This document shows, one piece after another, positions 12,345 through 25,801 of a stretch of DNA of 64,000 bases (positions are counted from its first letter, which is position 1; the number at the start of each line of letters is the position of its first letter). Under the pieces are notes generated by a model. That model was not told the origin of the DNA and made no database searches. It worked only from the letters and a program-made list of their open reading frames with translations. The DNA comes from Callorhinchus milii (Eukaryota), in assembly GCF_018977255.1 (NCBI RefSeq), contig NW_024704742.1, forward strand, positions 13,270,001 to 13,334,000, written 5' to 3'. Both the position numbers and the translations under genes were made by a program.

Positions 12345-14330
12345 GATAATACGATTGAACTTGACATTAGGTTTGAGAGGGAGAAGGGAAAGTCCCAAAC
12401 CAAGGTTTTAAATTTAAGTAAGGCAAACTTCGATGGGTTGAGAAATAAATTGGCCACAGTAAACTGGGCTGAACTGTTAGTGGGTAAACCTACAAATAAA
12501 CAATGGGAAATATTCAAAAAAGTACAATACAATAGAATACAATACAGAACAAGTACATAACCCTAAAATGCAAAAGCTCCAACTGTGTAGTGAAGCAACC
12601 ATGGTTGACAAAAGAGGTTAGAGACTGTATCAAGCTAAAAGAAAAGGCTTACTCAAATGCAAGAAAAAGTGGGAATGCAGACAACTGGAAGAACTGACAC
12701 AAGGCAACAAAGAGATCCAAAGAAAGTACTAAGAGGAGCAAAAAGGAAATACGAAAAAAACTTGCAAGGGATATTAAAACCAATCGAAAAAGTTTTTACA
12801 AATATATTAAGAGAAAGAGTTGTCAAGGGGAATATGGGCCTGTTAAAGATAGATATAGGTGAGACTATAATGGAAAATAAGTAAATGGCTGACGTTAAAT
12901 AAATACTTTGCTAACGTTTTAACAGTAGAGGATGAATACAAAACACCAGCTGTACAGGGGAACCTAAAAATAAGTCAAAGTGAAATACTTAGACTTATTA
13001 ATGTAAATAAAAAATGGTAATGGGGAAAATAATGAGACTCAAGATAGACAAATCTCCAGGAACTGATAGTTTCTACCCAGGGGGTTAAAGGAAATAGGAG
13101 AGGAAATTGCAGATGCATTCGTCATCATTTTCCAAAGCTCACTAGATTTGGGAATTGTGCCCTAAGATTGGAAAATTGTGAATGTCACCCTTTTATTTAA
13201 GAAGGGAGGCAGGCAGAAACCAGGAAACTACAGACTTGTCAGCTTAAGGTCACTTGTAGGAAAAATACTGGAATCCATCATCAGGGACAGAGTGACTGAA
13301 CACTTGGACAGGTATGAACTAGTCAAAGAGAGTTAACATAGGTTTGTGAAGGGTAGGTCGTGTCTGACTAATCCAGTTGAATTTTTTGAGAAGTCACTAA
13401 AATGGTTGGCCTTTATCTCAAGGGGCCTGAATACAAAGGGGAAGAAATGCTGCTTCAGCTGTATAGATCGTTGGTCAGACCCCATCTGAAGTACTGCATT
13501 CAGTTTTGGGCACCGCACCTGTTTCCAGGCCTTAAAGTGTTAAGTTTAAGGCATGTCCCTACCTCTCCGAACGCCACACTCCGCAATCCACCACCGGGCG
13601 CCTCCACTAAACTGGCATCGGCCTCCTGCTTGTCCCTCGCACCCTCCGCCCCACCATTGGAGGTCGCGCTTTCAGCCACTACGCCCCAAAACTCTGGAAC
13701 ACTCTCAATCCCTCCGTCATTGTCCCCTTTTATCTCTTTTCTCAAGTCCCACCTGAAAACCTTTTTTTTGACCGTGCTTACGGTCACCTTCCACCCCACC
13801 CCTGGCTTGGAGTCAGGCTCCGCCGCTGTTAAACACTCTGAGACACTGTGTGGAGGGCGCTATATAAGTGCAAGTTGTTGTTGTTGTAAGTTATGAGGAA
13901 AGGCTGCATAAACTTGGATTGTATTCCCTGGGTTTAGAAGGTTGAGGGGTGATTTAATTGAGGTATTTAAAGTGATTTGATAGGGTAGATACAAGAAGCT
14001 ATTTCCTCTGGTGGGAGAATCCAAAACAAAGGCATAGTCTTCAAATTAAAACCAGGCCATTTAAGAGTGAAATCAGAAGCATTTTTTCACTTAAAGGGGG
14101 TGGTGGGGTAGAAATCTGGAACTCTCTCCACAAAAGGCTGTGGATACTGGATCTATCCACACCTTCAAAAGTGAAGTTGATAGATTTTTGGTAGATCAGG
14201 GTATCAAGGGATATGGGGAAAGAGTGAGAAATTGGAATTGACAGGATTAGTTGAGGTACAGATCAGCCATGATCTAATCTAATTGAATGGCGGAAGAGGC
14301 TCAAAGGGCTGAATGGCCTACTCTTGTTCG
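12345..14330 (+). mobile_element. Internally deleted CR1 ORF2 with an L2 3' fragment inserted (~13550-13886)
   Basis: [33 protein letters not shown]1 3'UTR ending near 14330. The inserted piece ends in (TTG)n. Confidence 0.8.
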
Positions 14331-14761
14331 TACATTCACATGCACTCATTCACCCACACCCAAACAAATACCCATGTACACTCACCCACAATTCGCACAT
14401 ATATACATTTAAGTACACAAAAGTACACAAGAAAAAACTTGCAAATCATTCTTGCTCTACTTCTCCTTTTCAAACAATTGCTCGATCCTGTTCCTTCCAC
14501 AATGAAACATGTCACTATGACCGAAGAAGGTTTTGGTTAGTGCTGTACTGAGTCCATTCATATTTCTTGCAATATAATAATAATCTTTGCATTTCATACC
14601 ATGCCTTTTCATGGTGTCCAGCCATCTCAAAGAGCTTCACAGTATATAAAGTAAAGTAATTGTTTATTTTTGGGGAAATGTGAGTCAAATGTGAGACTGA
14701 TTCACTTCCATTGAACACCACAATGACATTTCATTCTGGAACGAAAACGCAAAGGAGCTAT

Positions 14762-15488
14762 TGTAAGGGTTAATTTGTTTTCATGACCCTGCGTGAAGTA
14801 AGGACTGACACAAATGTTGTACATTTAATCAAGGTTTATTAATTCAGATTAATAATGGTTATAAGTAATTAAAAAATACATTCAATTATGCTTACATATC
14901 CACGTCTACTGTTCACAACAATTGAAGTTGACCAAACCAAATGCTACGGGAGAGGTAGAGGAGCAATGTCCAATTTAATGTTCCATTTTAATCCAAATAT
15001 AAGTCCTCAAAAGGTATCCAAGTATTGTTGTACGGTTCCCAGTTTGATATCGCCCAAAACTATCCAGGTATTATTGTGCGTTTAGTGTTGTCCTAGTCTT
15101 GATTTTTTTTATAAGCTGGAATATGGTTTGTGACTCCAAGTTCCAATTTCTTCCCTTCTCTCCTTCTCTTTTGAATTGATCTCTGTTTATACAGTTCGTT
15201 AGGTGACCTTTCACCGATCATCTTTTGCAGAATGGTTCCTTTGTAAAAACAAATGCAACATAGCTCTCTTAAACTGCAGACCATTTTTCCATCAGAAAAT
15301 GATTGATGAGGAATAAAAACAGTGTTGTTTATAAACAGTCTTTTGTTTCTCCTCCTTCAGCAAGGATCTTCTTCGAAGCTAGTCACAACCAGCTCTCCTC
15401 ATATGAGATTCATCATATGTCTCAAATATATAAACATCTCAAATATAATTTGAGATATTATTTAACACATTAACTACAGAAATCTACA
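14762..15488 (-). mobile_element. Candidate 3' LTR (~727 bp) of the retroelement
   Basis: On minus: degenerate PPT-like CAGGGCGGAC, then TGTAG...; AATAAA ~75 nt before the end; terminus ...CCCTTACA (TGTA...TACA). No second LTR in the window to confirm it. Confidence 0.5.
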
Positions 15489-15939
15489 GTCCGCCCTGAA
15501 GTGAGTTAAGGTTACAAATGTAAACCCACTTTTATTACTGTAATTAATGTAAAATTGGTACCATTCCCCTCTATCTCTTCCACTACATTCAATCTCCAAT
15601 CTATTTTAACATTTTTATGATTCTTTAATCGTTCATAAAAAATTCCACATTTTTTTCCATCATAAAAATCCATCAATTGTAGTAAATCATTATTAATAAT
15701 GATAAAAATAAAGTAACAAGGTTATACTTAAATTGTATGACCACAAAAATAAAATATTACTTTAGTGGGTGTTCCTTTTTTATGGGCACACTTCTTTTCT
15801 TTCAAAATATCATCTTCCAAAATTCCCAATCAATGTATCCATGTTTAATTTGTATAAACATCACTTTGATTAAATACTGGAATGTATAAAATAAATGATA
15901 CATGAAATAAAATCAGAATAAATCCAGTAATATTAAGAT

Positions 15940-17378
15940 AACAACAACAACTACAACAAAATTATATTTGTATAGCGCCTTTCACGTCAGGAGGACATCC
16001 CAAGGTGCTGGAAAGACAGAGTTATGGACCCGAGCTTGGGGTCGGGGTCAGGGAGGATGGAGGACAGGAGGGGAAGCAGGGAAATCAAAAGCACGGTCGA
16101 AGAGGAGGGTCTTGAGATGGATCTTGAAGGTGGCAAGGGAGGGGGCAAGGTGGAGGGACAGCGAGATGGAGTTCCAGAGGGTGAGTGCAGAGTAGCAGAA
16201 AGCCTAACCACCATTAGTGGGGTGAGCGAAGCAGGGGACGTGAAGCAGGCCACAGCCCGCTGAGCGGAGGTAGCGACAGGATGGTAGCGGTTAGGAGGTC
16301 ACAGAGGTAGGGGGAGCAAGACCATGGAGGGTTTTGAAGGTGAGGACCAGGATCTTGAACTGTATCCTCTGTGTGATGGGAAGCCAGTGGAGTTGGGCGA
16401 GGATGGGGCGATAGGGTCGCAGAGCTTAGTGCGGGAGAGGACACGGGCTGCAGAGTTCTGGATGATCTGCAGCCTGTGGAGGGAGGAGTTGGGGAGGCCG
16501 ATAAGCAAGGAGTTTGCATAGTTGAGCCTCGATGTTATGAAGGCGTGTATGAGGGTTTTGGCGGCCTGCGGTGTGAGACAGTGGTGGAACCGGACAATGT
16601 TGCAGAGGTGGGGGAAGGCAGAGCGGGTCATGGCGCAGATGTGAAGTCTAAAGGACAGTTGAGGGTCAAACAAGACCCCAAGGTTCCGGACTGGCTTAGC
16701 AAGCTGTGCAACCAAAGATGGTGTTGCTGTCAGCGCCTGAGGTGAGGAGGCGCTGACGGGAGAGCCTCGGTCTTGTTTACGTTGTTTACATGAAGAAAGT
16801 TAGCTCTCACCCAGGACTTGATATCCGACAGATATTCTGTCAGGACAGCAGTGGCAGGACAGCAGTGGTCCTGGAGTTAAAGGTAGAGACAGAGTGGTAG
16901 TTGGGTGTCATCTGCATACATGTGGACGTTGACCCTATGTCTGCGGATGATGTCACCAAGAGGGCGCATATAGATATTGAAGAGGAGGGGACCAAGGACA
17001 GTCCTGAGGAAAGCCGCATGAGACGGTGCAATGGCGAGAGAAAAAAATGTTTGTGGAGATGAAGTGGAGGCGGTGTGAGAGGTACGAACTGAACCAGTCA
17101 AGGACAGAAGAGAGGTGGTGGATGAGGATAGAGTGGTCGATGGTGTCGAAGGCAGCAGAGAGGTCAAGGAAGACGAGGAGGCAGAGGGAGCCCTGGTTGC
17201 AGATGGAGAGAATGTCATTTGTCCCTTTGACCAGGGCTGTTTCTGTGCTGTGGGCGGCACGGAAACCCAATTGGAGGGGTTCGAGAAGGGAATGGCGGGA
17301 GAGGAAGGAGTGAAGCTGAGAAGCAACAACTTGTTCCAGGACCTTGGAGAGGAAAGGGAGGTTGGAGATGGGGCAGTA
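15940..17378 (-). mobile_element. 5'-truncated L2 LINE inserted in the retroelement post-IN region
   Basis: [41 protein letters not shown]; (TTG)n-type tail at 15940-15960. Confidence 0.9.
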
Positions 17379-19426
17379 ATTTGAGAGTATAGAGTAATTG
17401 ACGCTATAGTATTTATTACAATTAAACCTACTAAAATGTCAATGTATGTGACATTATTGATTAGAAAATTAATAATTTTCTCTCTTATATCTATCAATGT
17501 TCACTCTACCCTGTCATTTCACTCTCACATCACACGTCCCAAATTATTTGGTCTTATGTGTAGTTCTATGCAGACCCCCATATTCCTTAAATATTGTCTT
17601 GCTATTTGGCTGGCCAATTGCCATCACATTTTTTCCTTTTTTTGTGCTTGGGAATGTTTGTCAGAATATTTTCTGTAGCCCAAGATATTTTTTATAAACA
17701 TCAGCAGGTGGTGTCATTGGATGACAGCATACCAGGTCTGAATTGGCCTTGCGCAACTGTGAGCAACTTTGAAATTTATTTTTTCAACCAGTTTTAGAGA
17801 CGTTTAAGCTTTCTCACTAATTTGGAATAAAACTGATTCACAGCCAGGTGCTATAAAAAAATGTAAATGCCCCTGACTGCTGTTTGTATTCTACTCATTT
17901 TCAAAAAAGTTATTACTTTTAATCCAGTTACCAAATTCTTTTATCAAAATTGATTTGGTTTTCAATCCTCTCTTCCATTTTTTCTCAAATACCTTTTCTT
18001 CTGTAACATAAAATTAAAAGTTAAATTATCCTCCCCATTTTATTTGGGGTGATTTCAGGAATCTTCTACAATTTATGATTCTATAATGAATCTTTGTGTC
18101 CTTGTGTATTTTTCCTTCTCCTACTTGGATGTTGATCACATCCTAAACAGGCGTCTGCTGTATTATTACCTTTTGCATGAGGTATGTTGTTTGTGTGTGC
18201 CTTGACTTTTTGAGTTGCAATTTGAGACTTATAAGGTAAAGCAATTTTAATAATAGCTTGCAGTAATTTTCCAGAGGGAGCGGTTTCCAGTCTGCCAATA
18301 CAAACCCCCTCACCTTCCATTATTGGCAGATACTCTATAAGTAAATTACATGCATACATGGAATACGAATAGATAGTAATTGGTAATGGATACATGTCGA
18401 TGTTTCATAAAACATATGCAATTATTATTATTGTTATTATTATTAATTGCAGCTAATTCTGCCCCCTGTACTGCTCAGTGATCAGGTAAAGAAATTTTTA
18501 CTTTTAAATCCATTTGTGGAACATAAATTCCAAATCCGGTTTGCCTCATCCCCTCAACTACTGAATTAGATCCATTGACAGACAGTAGTGGATTGTGGAA
18601 TTTCAATCGCTTTGAATGGACCCTTCAGATAAATTGGGCCACTTATACCACAATAACGAGTATCCTCTTCATAGAGTAACTTGTTAGCCAAAAATGGCGG
18701 AGAATTGAAATGTTTTATCGTAATGTCTCGTTTTTGTAACAATAAAGTCCATCGAGCCATACGGACATTTGATACCATCTAAAAGTAATTCTGTTGGGGT
18801 ATAATTGGTTAACAAAAGCATAGGTGATAAACCAACAATGTTAAAACATTGATTAAAAAACTGATAAAGAGTTAAAACAACAGTGATAAAACAAAATGTT
18901 GCACAGCCCAAAATGTTTTTCACATTTTGAAAAAATTAGTTCTACAGGAGTCAATACTCTGGATGCAGAGTAATGCAGAGACACAGTTTACTATGCTTGT
19001 GCTGTAATAAAACTGCTGAAATAACTAAATCTGGGGCTGCTACTTCCAAATAAAAAGGTTCCCTTTCTGGAACTTGTAAAGCAGGAGCTGACACTAAAAC
19101 TTGTTTTAACTTTTGTGCTGCTCAGTACAGGCTGGCGTCCAATTCCATTCAGCATGTTATTGTAATAAAGCATAAAGGGGAGCACTGAGTGTAGCAAAAT
19201 CTTCAATAAAAACCCTGCAATCCCCTACCAATCCTAAAAAAGATCTCAATGATGGGACAGAAGTTGGCCAGGGTAAGAGCTTAATGGTCTTCATTTTATC
19301 TTCATCAGGTACGAACATCTTTACCAATTTGGATCCTAAAAATGATGCATTCTCTTTAGCAATCTGTGTGTTTTAGGATTTACTTTTAATCTTGATTCAT
19401 AGATCAACTGTAACAGTTCTGTCAAC

Positions 19427-21634
19427 ATCTTTCAATCCTTCTTGAACACCTGGGGTGGTGCCAGAGGACTGGGGGGTTGCAAATGTTACTCCGCTGTACA
19501 AAAAAGGGCAGAAGGATAAACCCGTGAACTACAGGCCTGTCAGCCTCTCAGTAGTGGAGAAACATCTGGAGACGTTAATCCGAGACAAAATAAATTTTCG
19601 CTTAGAAAACTATGGGTTATAAAGGACAACCAACATTGATTTGTTAAAGGCAAATCATGTCTAACAAACCTGATAAGAGTTTTCTTTGATGAAGTAACGG
19701 AGAGGGTGGATGAAGGTAGTGCAGTTGATGTAGTTTATATGGATTTTCAAAAGGCTTTTGATAAAGTGCCACATAAGAAACTGGTCAGCAAAATAGAAGC
19801 CCACGGTATTAAAGGGACAGTGGCAGCATGGATACAGAACTGGCTGGGAAACAGAAAGCAGAGAGAGGTGGTGAACGGTTGTTTTTCTGACTGGAGGGAA
19901 GTGTGCAGTGGTGTCCCCCAGGGATCAGTATTGGGACCACTGCTGTTTTTGATGGAGATACATGACCTGGACTTGGATACAGGGAGTACAGTTTCCAAGT
20001 TTGCAGATGATACTAAGCTAGGAAAAGTGATAATTAGTGAGGAGGATAGTAAGAGGACGTAGACAGACTGGTAAAATGGGTAGACACATGGCAGATGAAG
20101 TTTAATGTGGAGAAATGCAAAGTGATGCATTTTCGGAGGAAGAATGAGGAGAGGCAATATAAGCTGATGGGATAATCTTACAGGGGGTGAATGAAAAGAG
20201 AGACCTGGGGATTCATATAAGTAAATCTTTGAAGGTATCAGGACAGGTAGATAAAGCTGTTAACAATCACACGGGTTACTAGGCTTTATAAATAGGGGCA
20301 GAGAATACAAAAGTCAGGAAGTTATGATGAACCTTTATAAAACACTGGTTAGGCCTCAGCTAGAGTACTGCGTTCAGTTCTGGGCCCCACACTTTAGGAA
20401 GGATGTCAAGGCATTGGAGAGGATGCAAAGGAGATTTACCAGGATGCTACCAGGAATGAGGGACTTTAGTTATCAGGAGAGGCTAGAGAAGCTTGGATTA
20501 TTCTCCTTGGAGCAGAGAAGGTTACGAGGAGACTTAATAGAAGTTTTCAAAATTATGAGGGTGGCAATGTGAACAAGGAGAAACGATTTCCACTGGCGGG
20601 TGGGTTGGTAACCTGAGGACACCAATTTAAGATAGTTGTTAAAAGAAACATAGATTTTTCATAGATTCATAGAATGTTACGGCACAGAAAGAGGCCATTC
20701 GGCCCATCGAGTCTGTGCGGCTCTTTGACAAAGCAAGTCACTTTCACTAACCCCAATCACCAGCTTTCTCCCCATAACCCTGCAAACCCGTCCTCCCCAG
20801 ATACCTATCCAGTTCTCTCTTAAAAGCTGTTATCGAATCGGACTTCACTACCCTTTCAGGCAGATCATTCCAAATTCCAACAACTCGCTGAGTGAAAAAA
20901 TTTCTTCTAACCTCCCCTCTGCTTCTTTTGGCAGATATCTTAAGACTGTGACCACGGGTCACAGACACACCTACCAGTGGAAACAGCTTTGCCTTATCGA
21001 GCCTGTCGAAACCTTTCATGATCTTGAAGACCTCTATCAGGTCCCCGCGTAACCTTCTCTGCTCTAATGGGAAAAGTCCTAACTTCTCCAGCCTGTCCTC
21101 ATAGCTAAGGTTCCCCATTCCTAGTATCATTCTCGTGAATCTCCTCTGCACCCTTTTCAGTGCTTAATGTCCTTCCTGAAGTAAGGTGCCCAGAACTGGG
21201 CGCAGTACTCCAGCTGAGGCCTAATCAATGTTTTGTATAGATTAACCATAACCTCCCCACTCTTATACTCTATGCCCCTACTAATGAAGCTCAGTACACC
21301 AAATGCCTTTTTTACTGCCTTATCCACCTGCCCCCCTACCTTTAATGATTCGCTTACTTGAACACCCAGATCATGAGGGGAGGTGAGGAGAATTTTTTTC
21401 ACACAACGAGTTGTTTGGATCTGGAAAGCGTTGCTTAAAAGGATGGTGGAAGCCAATTCAATCACAACTCTTAAGAGAGTAGTAGATAATTATTTGGGGA
21501 GGACAAGTTTGCAGGGCTATGGGGAGAGAGTGGGGGGTGTGGGATTGAATTGGACAGCTCTTTTCAAAGAGCCGGCACAGACACGATGGGCCGGATGGCC
21601 ATTTTCTGTGCTGTATAATTCTATGATTCTATGA
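19427..21634 (+). mobile_element. Same nested CR1 pair, second copy
   Basis: ORF translations identical to 2061-4268. Confidence 0.9.
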
Positions 21635-21644
21635 ATTGTTCATG

Positions 21645-21669
21645 NNNNNNNNNNNNNNNNNNNNNNNNN
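21645..21669. other. Assembly gap (25 N)
   Basis: Run of N; the flanks are contiguous in the paralogous copy near 50450. Confidence 0.99.
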
Positions 21670-23584
21670 AGTCTCCATGTCAGGCGTGTGTAACAATAAA
21701 TCCTTAACATATTGAATGATTGCAGTAGTTTGACTAAACTGTGTTATCACTTGAGCCATTCTTTGACGAAATATTGACAGAGAGTTATGAAATCCCTGGG
21801 GTATTGTTGGCTGTGAAAAGTAAAACAAATTTGCACTGACAACCAGGGTGTAACGGAACAACCCAAACCCATTTGATATATCAAGTACAGAAAATACTTT
21901 TGACTGAGGCGAGTACATCTGGTGCAGACACCACTGTGTGAATTATGTATTCAAATGGGACATTTAGAAATAAAATAGCCATGTATTTTAATAATATTTT
22001 CGTCATTGTAAACTATTGTGTATTGATTTAATCTCCTAGAATCTATTGTGAGTCGCCATAACCATCTGGTTTTCTAACTGCCCAAATGGGAGAATTATTA
22101 GAGATTACAATCCTTCTTAAAACTCACTGTTTCAGTAATGAATTTACAGTGGCTTGTCAGCTTCCTGAGGAAAGCAATATTCCTTCATCGGATGTGGAGG
22201 GTCTTCTCCAACGATTTTTAACCTGTCCTGCTAACTTTCCACAATCGTGTTTGTGATTTGCAAAAACAACGTTATTAGTGGTTAGTACGTTAGCAATGTT
22301 AACATTGTCATGTGTTAACATTTACTTTAAATCATACCACTCAGTTTTCTTTATTGCATAAACAGCTCCATGATCTGTTAATTTATTCCAAATGTAAGTG
22401 CCAGGTTTGGCACTTTCAACTTGCCATTATAGTTTGTTTGCAAAATCAATTATCAAATGATATTTGTCCATCAGATCTGCACCAATAATGTTTAAATTGT
22501 CTGGTGTGTTCACCAAAATACATGGCCATTTTATTTCTAAATGTCCTATTTGAAGTGGAATTGGAATTGATTCCACCGGTATTGACAATTGCCTGTAAAC
22601 CCACCTAATTGAGTAACTGTTTTAGATGCAAACTGCAATTAGGGTTCGGGTTAGGTGCAAAGACACAAGTAGCTTGTTGTCATTGTGGGACATTCCTGGT
22701 CTGAGTGTAAAAAAAATAGAATGCGAAACTTGTAGTAAAAAGGAACACATTAGTCCTGATTGTAGATTCAAAATAAAATGTAAGAATTGTGGTAAAATGG
22801 GACATATGACAAAATATTGTAAACATGAACAGATAAGAGGGCTGGTTTGAATCTAAAAGACATGGTAGGACAAATGAAATCAGAGTTTGGAAAGCTTAAA
22901 TGAAAGCTTTTCAAAGCCAGGCAACTGCGGCACCTGCTGTTCTTCTGATGTATAACATACAAGGAGGAGATAAGAGTTCATGAAGGGATGAATTGACAAT
23001 TAGAGGTCTTCACTGAGATAATGTGCCCATTAGAAATTAATAATCATGGAAGACCATAATATTTATTATTTTTTATAAATGTATTATAAATAATAATTAT
23101 GTATTCAAATAGGACATTTAGAAATAAAATGGCCATGTATTTTAATAATATTTTGGTCATTGTAAACTATTGTTATTGGACACTGGTGTCTCTCGAACTG
23201 TGATATATGAAAAAGACCCACAAAATTTGCAGTTTGCATCTACTCAACACTGAGTAGGTGAATGAACAGATAAGAGGGCTGTTATCACTGTTGCATTCAC
23301 CTACAAAATACACAGTCACTGCACTATCCAGTAAAATCCTGTGAAGGGCTTTGACATCCTCCACACATATTTAGTTTAATCACTAAAGGGCAATCCGTTA
23401 TAATAGCCCTGGTAAAGCTCTTGGGATCTCACTTTAATGTCTCATCCAAAGGACAGCACCTTCAGTGAATGGGACAACCAGCACTTTTGCCCAGACAGCC
23501 ATTGTGGGACGTCAATACTGATCCAAACATTATGATTCTCAAATTATTTTTTTCTTGTTTCTATTGATAACCGCCTCAAAACAT

Positions 23585-25150
23585 TAATAACATAACATGT
23601 AGGAGCAGGAGTAGGCGCCTGCCGCGCCATTCAATTATGGCTGATCTTCTAATCTAACTCAGCTAATAACATAACCCTGCCTCATCCCCATATCCCTTAA
23701 TACTTTTTACAATAAGAAATATATCTATCTCAGTCTTGAATATGTTCAAGGACTGAGCGTCAACAGCCATTTGGGGTAGCGAGTTCCATACATTCACCAC
23801 CCTTTGAGTGAAAAAGTTCTGCGATAGGGCTGGCCTCTGATTTTAAGGTTGTGACCCCTGGTTTTAGTTTCTCCAACCAGGGGAAACAATCTCCCACTAT
23901 CTACTCTATCATGCCCTTTGATGATCTTATAGGTTTCTATAAGATCCCCTCTAATTCTTCCATATTCTAGAGAATATAGCCCAAATTAGTCAGCCTATCC
24001 TCGTAACTCATCTCCTTCATCCCTGGTACTAACCTTGTAAATCTACTCTGCACCCCTCCAAGGCAAGTACATCCTTCCTTAAATAAGGAGACCAAAACGG
24101 CACACAGTATTCCAGGTGTGGTCTCACCAGGGCCCTATACAGTTGCAGCAAGACTTCCCTACTCTTATACTCTAATCCTTTCATAATGAATGCTAACATC
24201 CCGTTCTCCTTCCTAATTGCTGCTGTACCTGCAGACTAACTTTCTGTGATTGGTGTACAACACCCAAGTCCCTCTGGACGCCAACACATTCCAATCTCTC
24301 CCCTTCTAAAAAAATAACCTGCTCTAATGTTTTTGCTCCCTAGGTGGATGACTTCGCACTTCCCTACATTATACTTCATCTGCCACCTACCTGCCCAATC
24401 ACCTGACCTATCTATGTCGCGCTGTCCTCTGTGTTGACACTTCCTCCTAGTTTTGTGGTAGAATCCGCGAATTTAGATATATTAACTTCGATGTCCTCAT
24501 CTAGATCGTTGATGTAGATGGTAAATAGCTGAGGCCCAAGGACTGATCCTTGTGGCACTCCACCAATCACATCCTGCCAATCTGAAAAGGACCCATTTAT
24601 CCCTACTCTTTGTTTCCTACCCGTTAAACATTCCCCAATCCACGTTAATATGCTCCCCCAATTCCGTGGGCCCTATCTTTTGGACTAACCTTTTGTGCGG
24701 CACCTTATCGAATGCCTTCTGGAAGTCCAAATAGACCACATCCACTTATCTAGTTTACTCGATATACCCTTATCTAGTTTACTCAAAGTATCCTCAAAAT
24801 TTGTAAAGCCATGTTGACTTGGCCTAATTATATTGTGCTCCCCTATATACTGCACTACCACATCCTTAATCAACGATTCTAAAAATTTGCTATCACTGAT
24901 GTGAGACTAACTGCCTATCTTTTCCCCATCTTTTCCTTTCCACTTTTTTAAATAGTGGCGTGACATTTGCGATCTTCCAATCCATGGGGACTGTTCCAGA
25001 ATCCAAGGAATTTTGGAAGATTAGACACAAGGCCTCCACTATCTCATAAGCTACCTCTTTTAAAACCCTGGGATGCAAGCCATCCGGACCAGAGGATTTG
25101 TCACTTTTTAGTGCTAACAGTTTCCCTAGCACCAATTCTCTACTAATGAA
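23585..25150 (-). mobile_element. CR1 ORF2 3' portion (left palindrome arm)
   Basis: [38 protein letters not shown]. Confidence 0.88.
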
Positions 25151-25192
25151 AATTGCAAAAACTGCAGGGATCCAATTTTAAAGTTTTAAAGT

Positions 25193-25500
25193 GAGTCCTG
25201 TAGCTCAGTGGTTAGAGCGCTCGCTTTGCGAGCGAGAGACCTGAGTTCAATTCCAGGCAGGGCCAAACTTTGGGCAAGTTTCCTTACTCCACACACCTAA
25301 TAATAATCCCTCCAAAACCAAAAACAATAATAACTTGGTCATTTTCAATCTACGACTGTTTGTGGACATTGCTGTGGGCAATTGGCTGCCGCGTTCTTTC
25401 ACAAATATACAGTCAATTCACTTTACAGTGTGTTCTGTGAAGCGCTTTGGGATGTCCTCCAACGTGAAAAGCGCTATATCAAATGCAAAGATTATTATTT
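25193..25500 (+). mobile_element. tRNA-derived SINE with L2-like tail
   Basis: A-box TAGCTCAGTGG, B-box GAGTTCAATTCC, core CAATTGGCTGCCGCG, tail GCGCTATATCAAATGCAA..(ATT)n. Confidence 0.85.
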
Positions 25501-25801
25501 ATTTATTTGCCACCAGCTGGGGTCTGAAACTCTGTCTGTCCAGCGCATTGGGATGTCCTCGCAACGTGAAAGGTGCTATACAAATGTAATTTTGTTGTTG
25601 TTGTTGTTATTGTCTGATTCCAAAATCTCTGCAAGTTTCGACTATTATAATGTGTCCTTGGTTTATTATCAACCGCAGTGAGCTGCTCTTATCAACACTG
25701 AAGCTTTCATTCACTGATCAATATATTACTATTTTCGCCCACAAAATATACAGTCAATTCACTTTACAGTCTATTCCACGAAGCGCTTTGAGACGTCTCA
25801 A

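Larger units (their letters stand above)
14762..23057 (-). mobile_element. Second copy of the same retroelement: integrase deleted, carries candidate 3' LTR, interrupted by L2 (15940-17378) and CR1 (19427-21634)
   Basis: Reverse complement of 49063-56336 minus segment 53938-55560. Continues past the L2 into AT-rich sequence and an LTR-like end. Confidence 0.82.

Noticed and set aside
25193..25265. tRNA-like sequence (also at ~30775, 36055, 12060, 61780)
   Set aside because: Each continues into the same SINE core and tail, so these are SINE heads, not tRNA genes.
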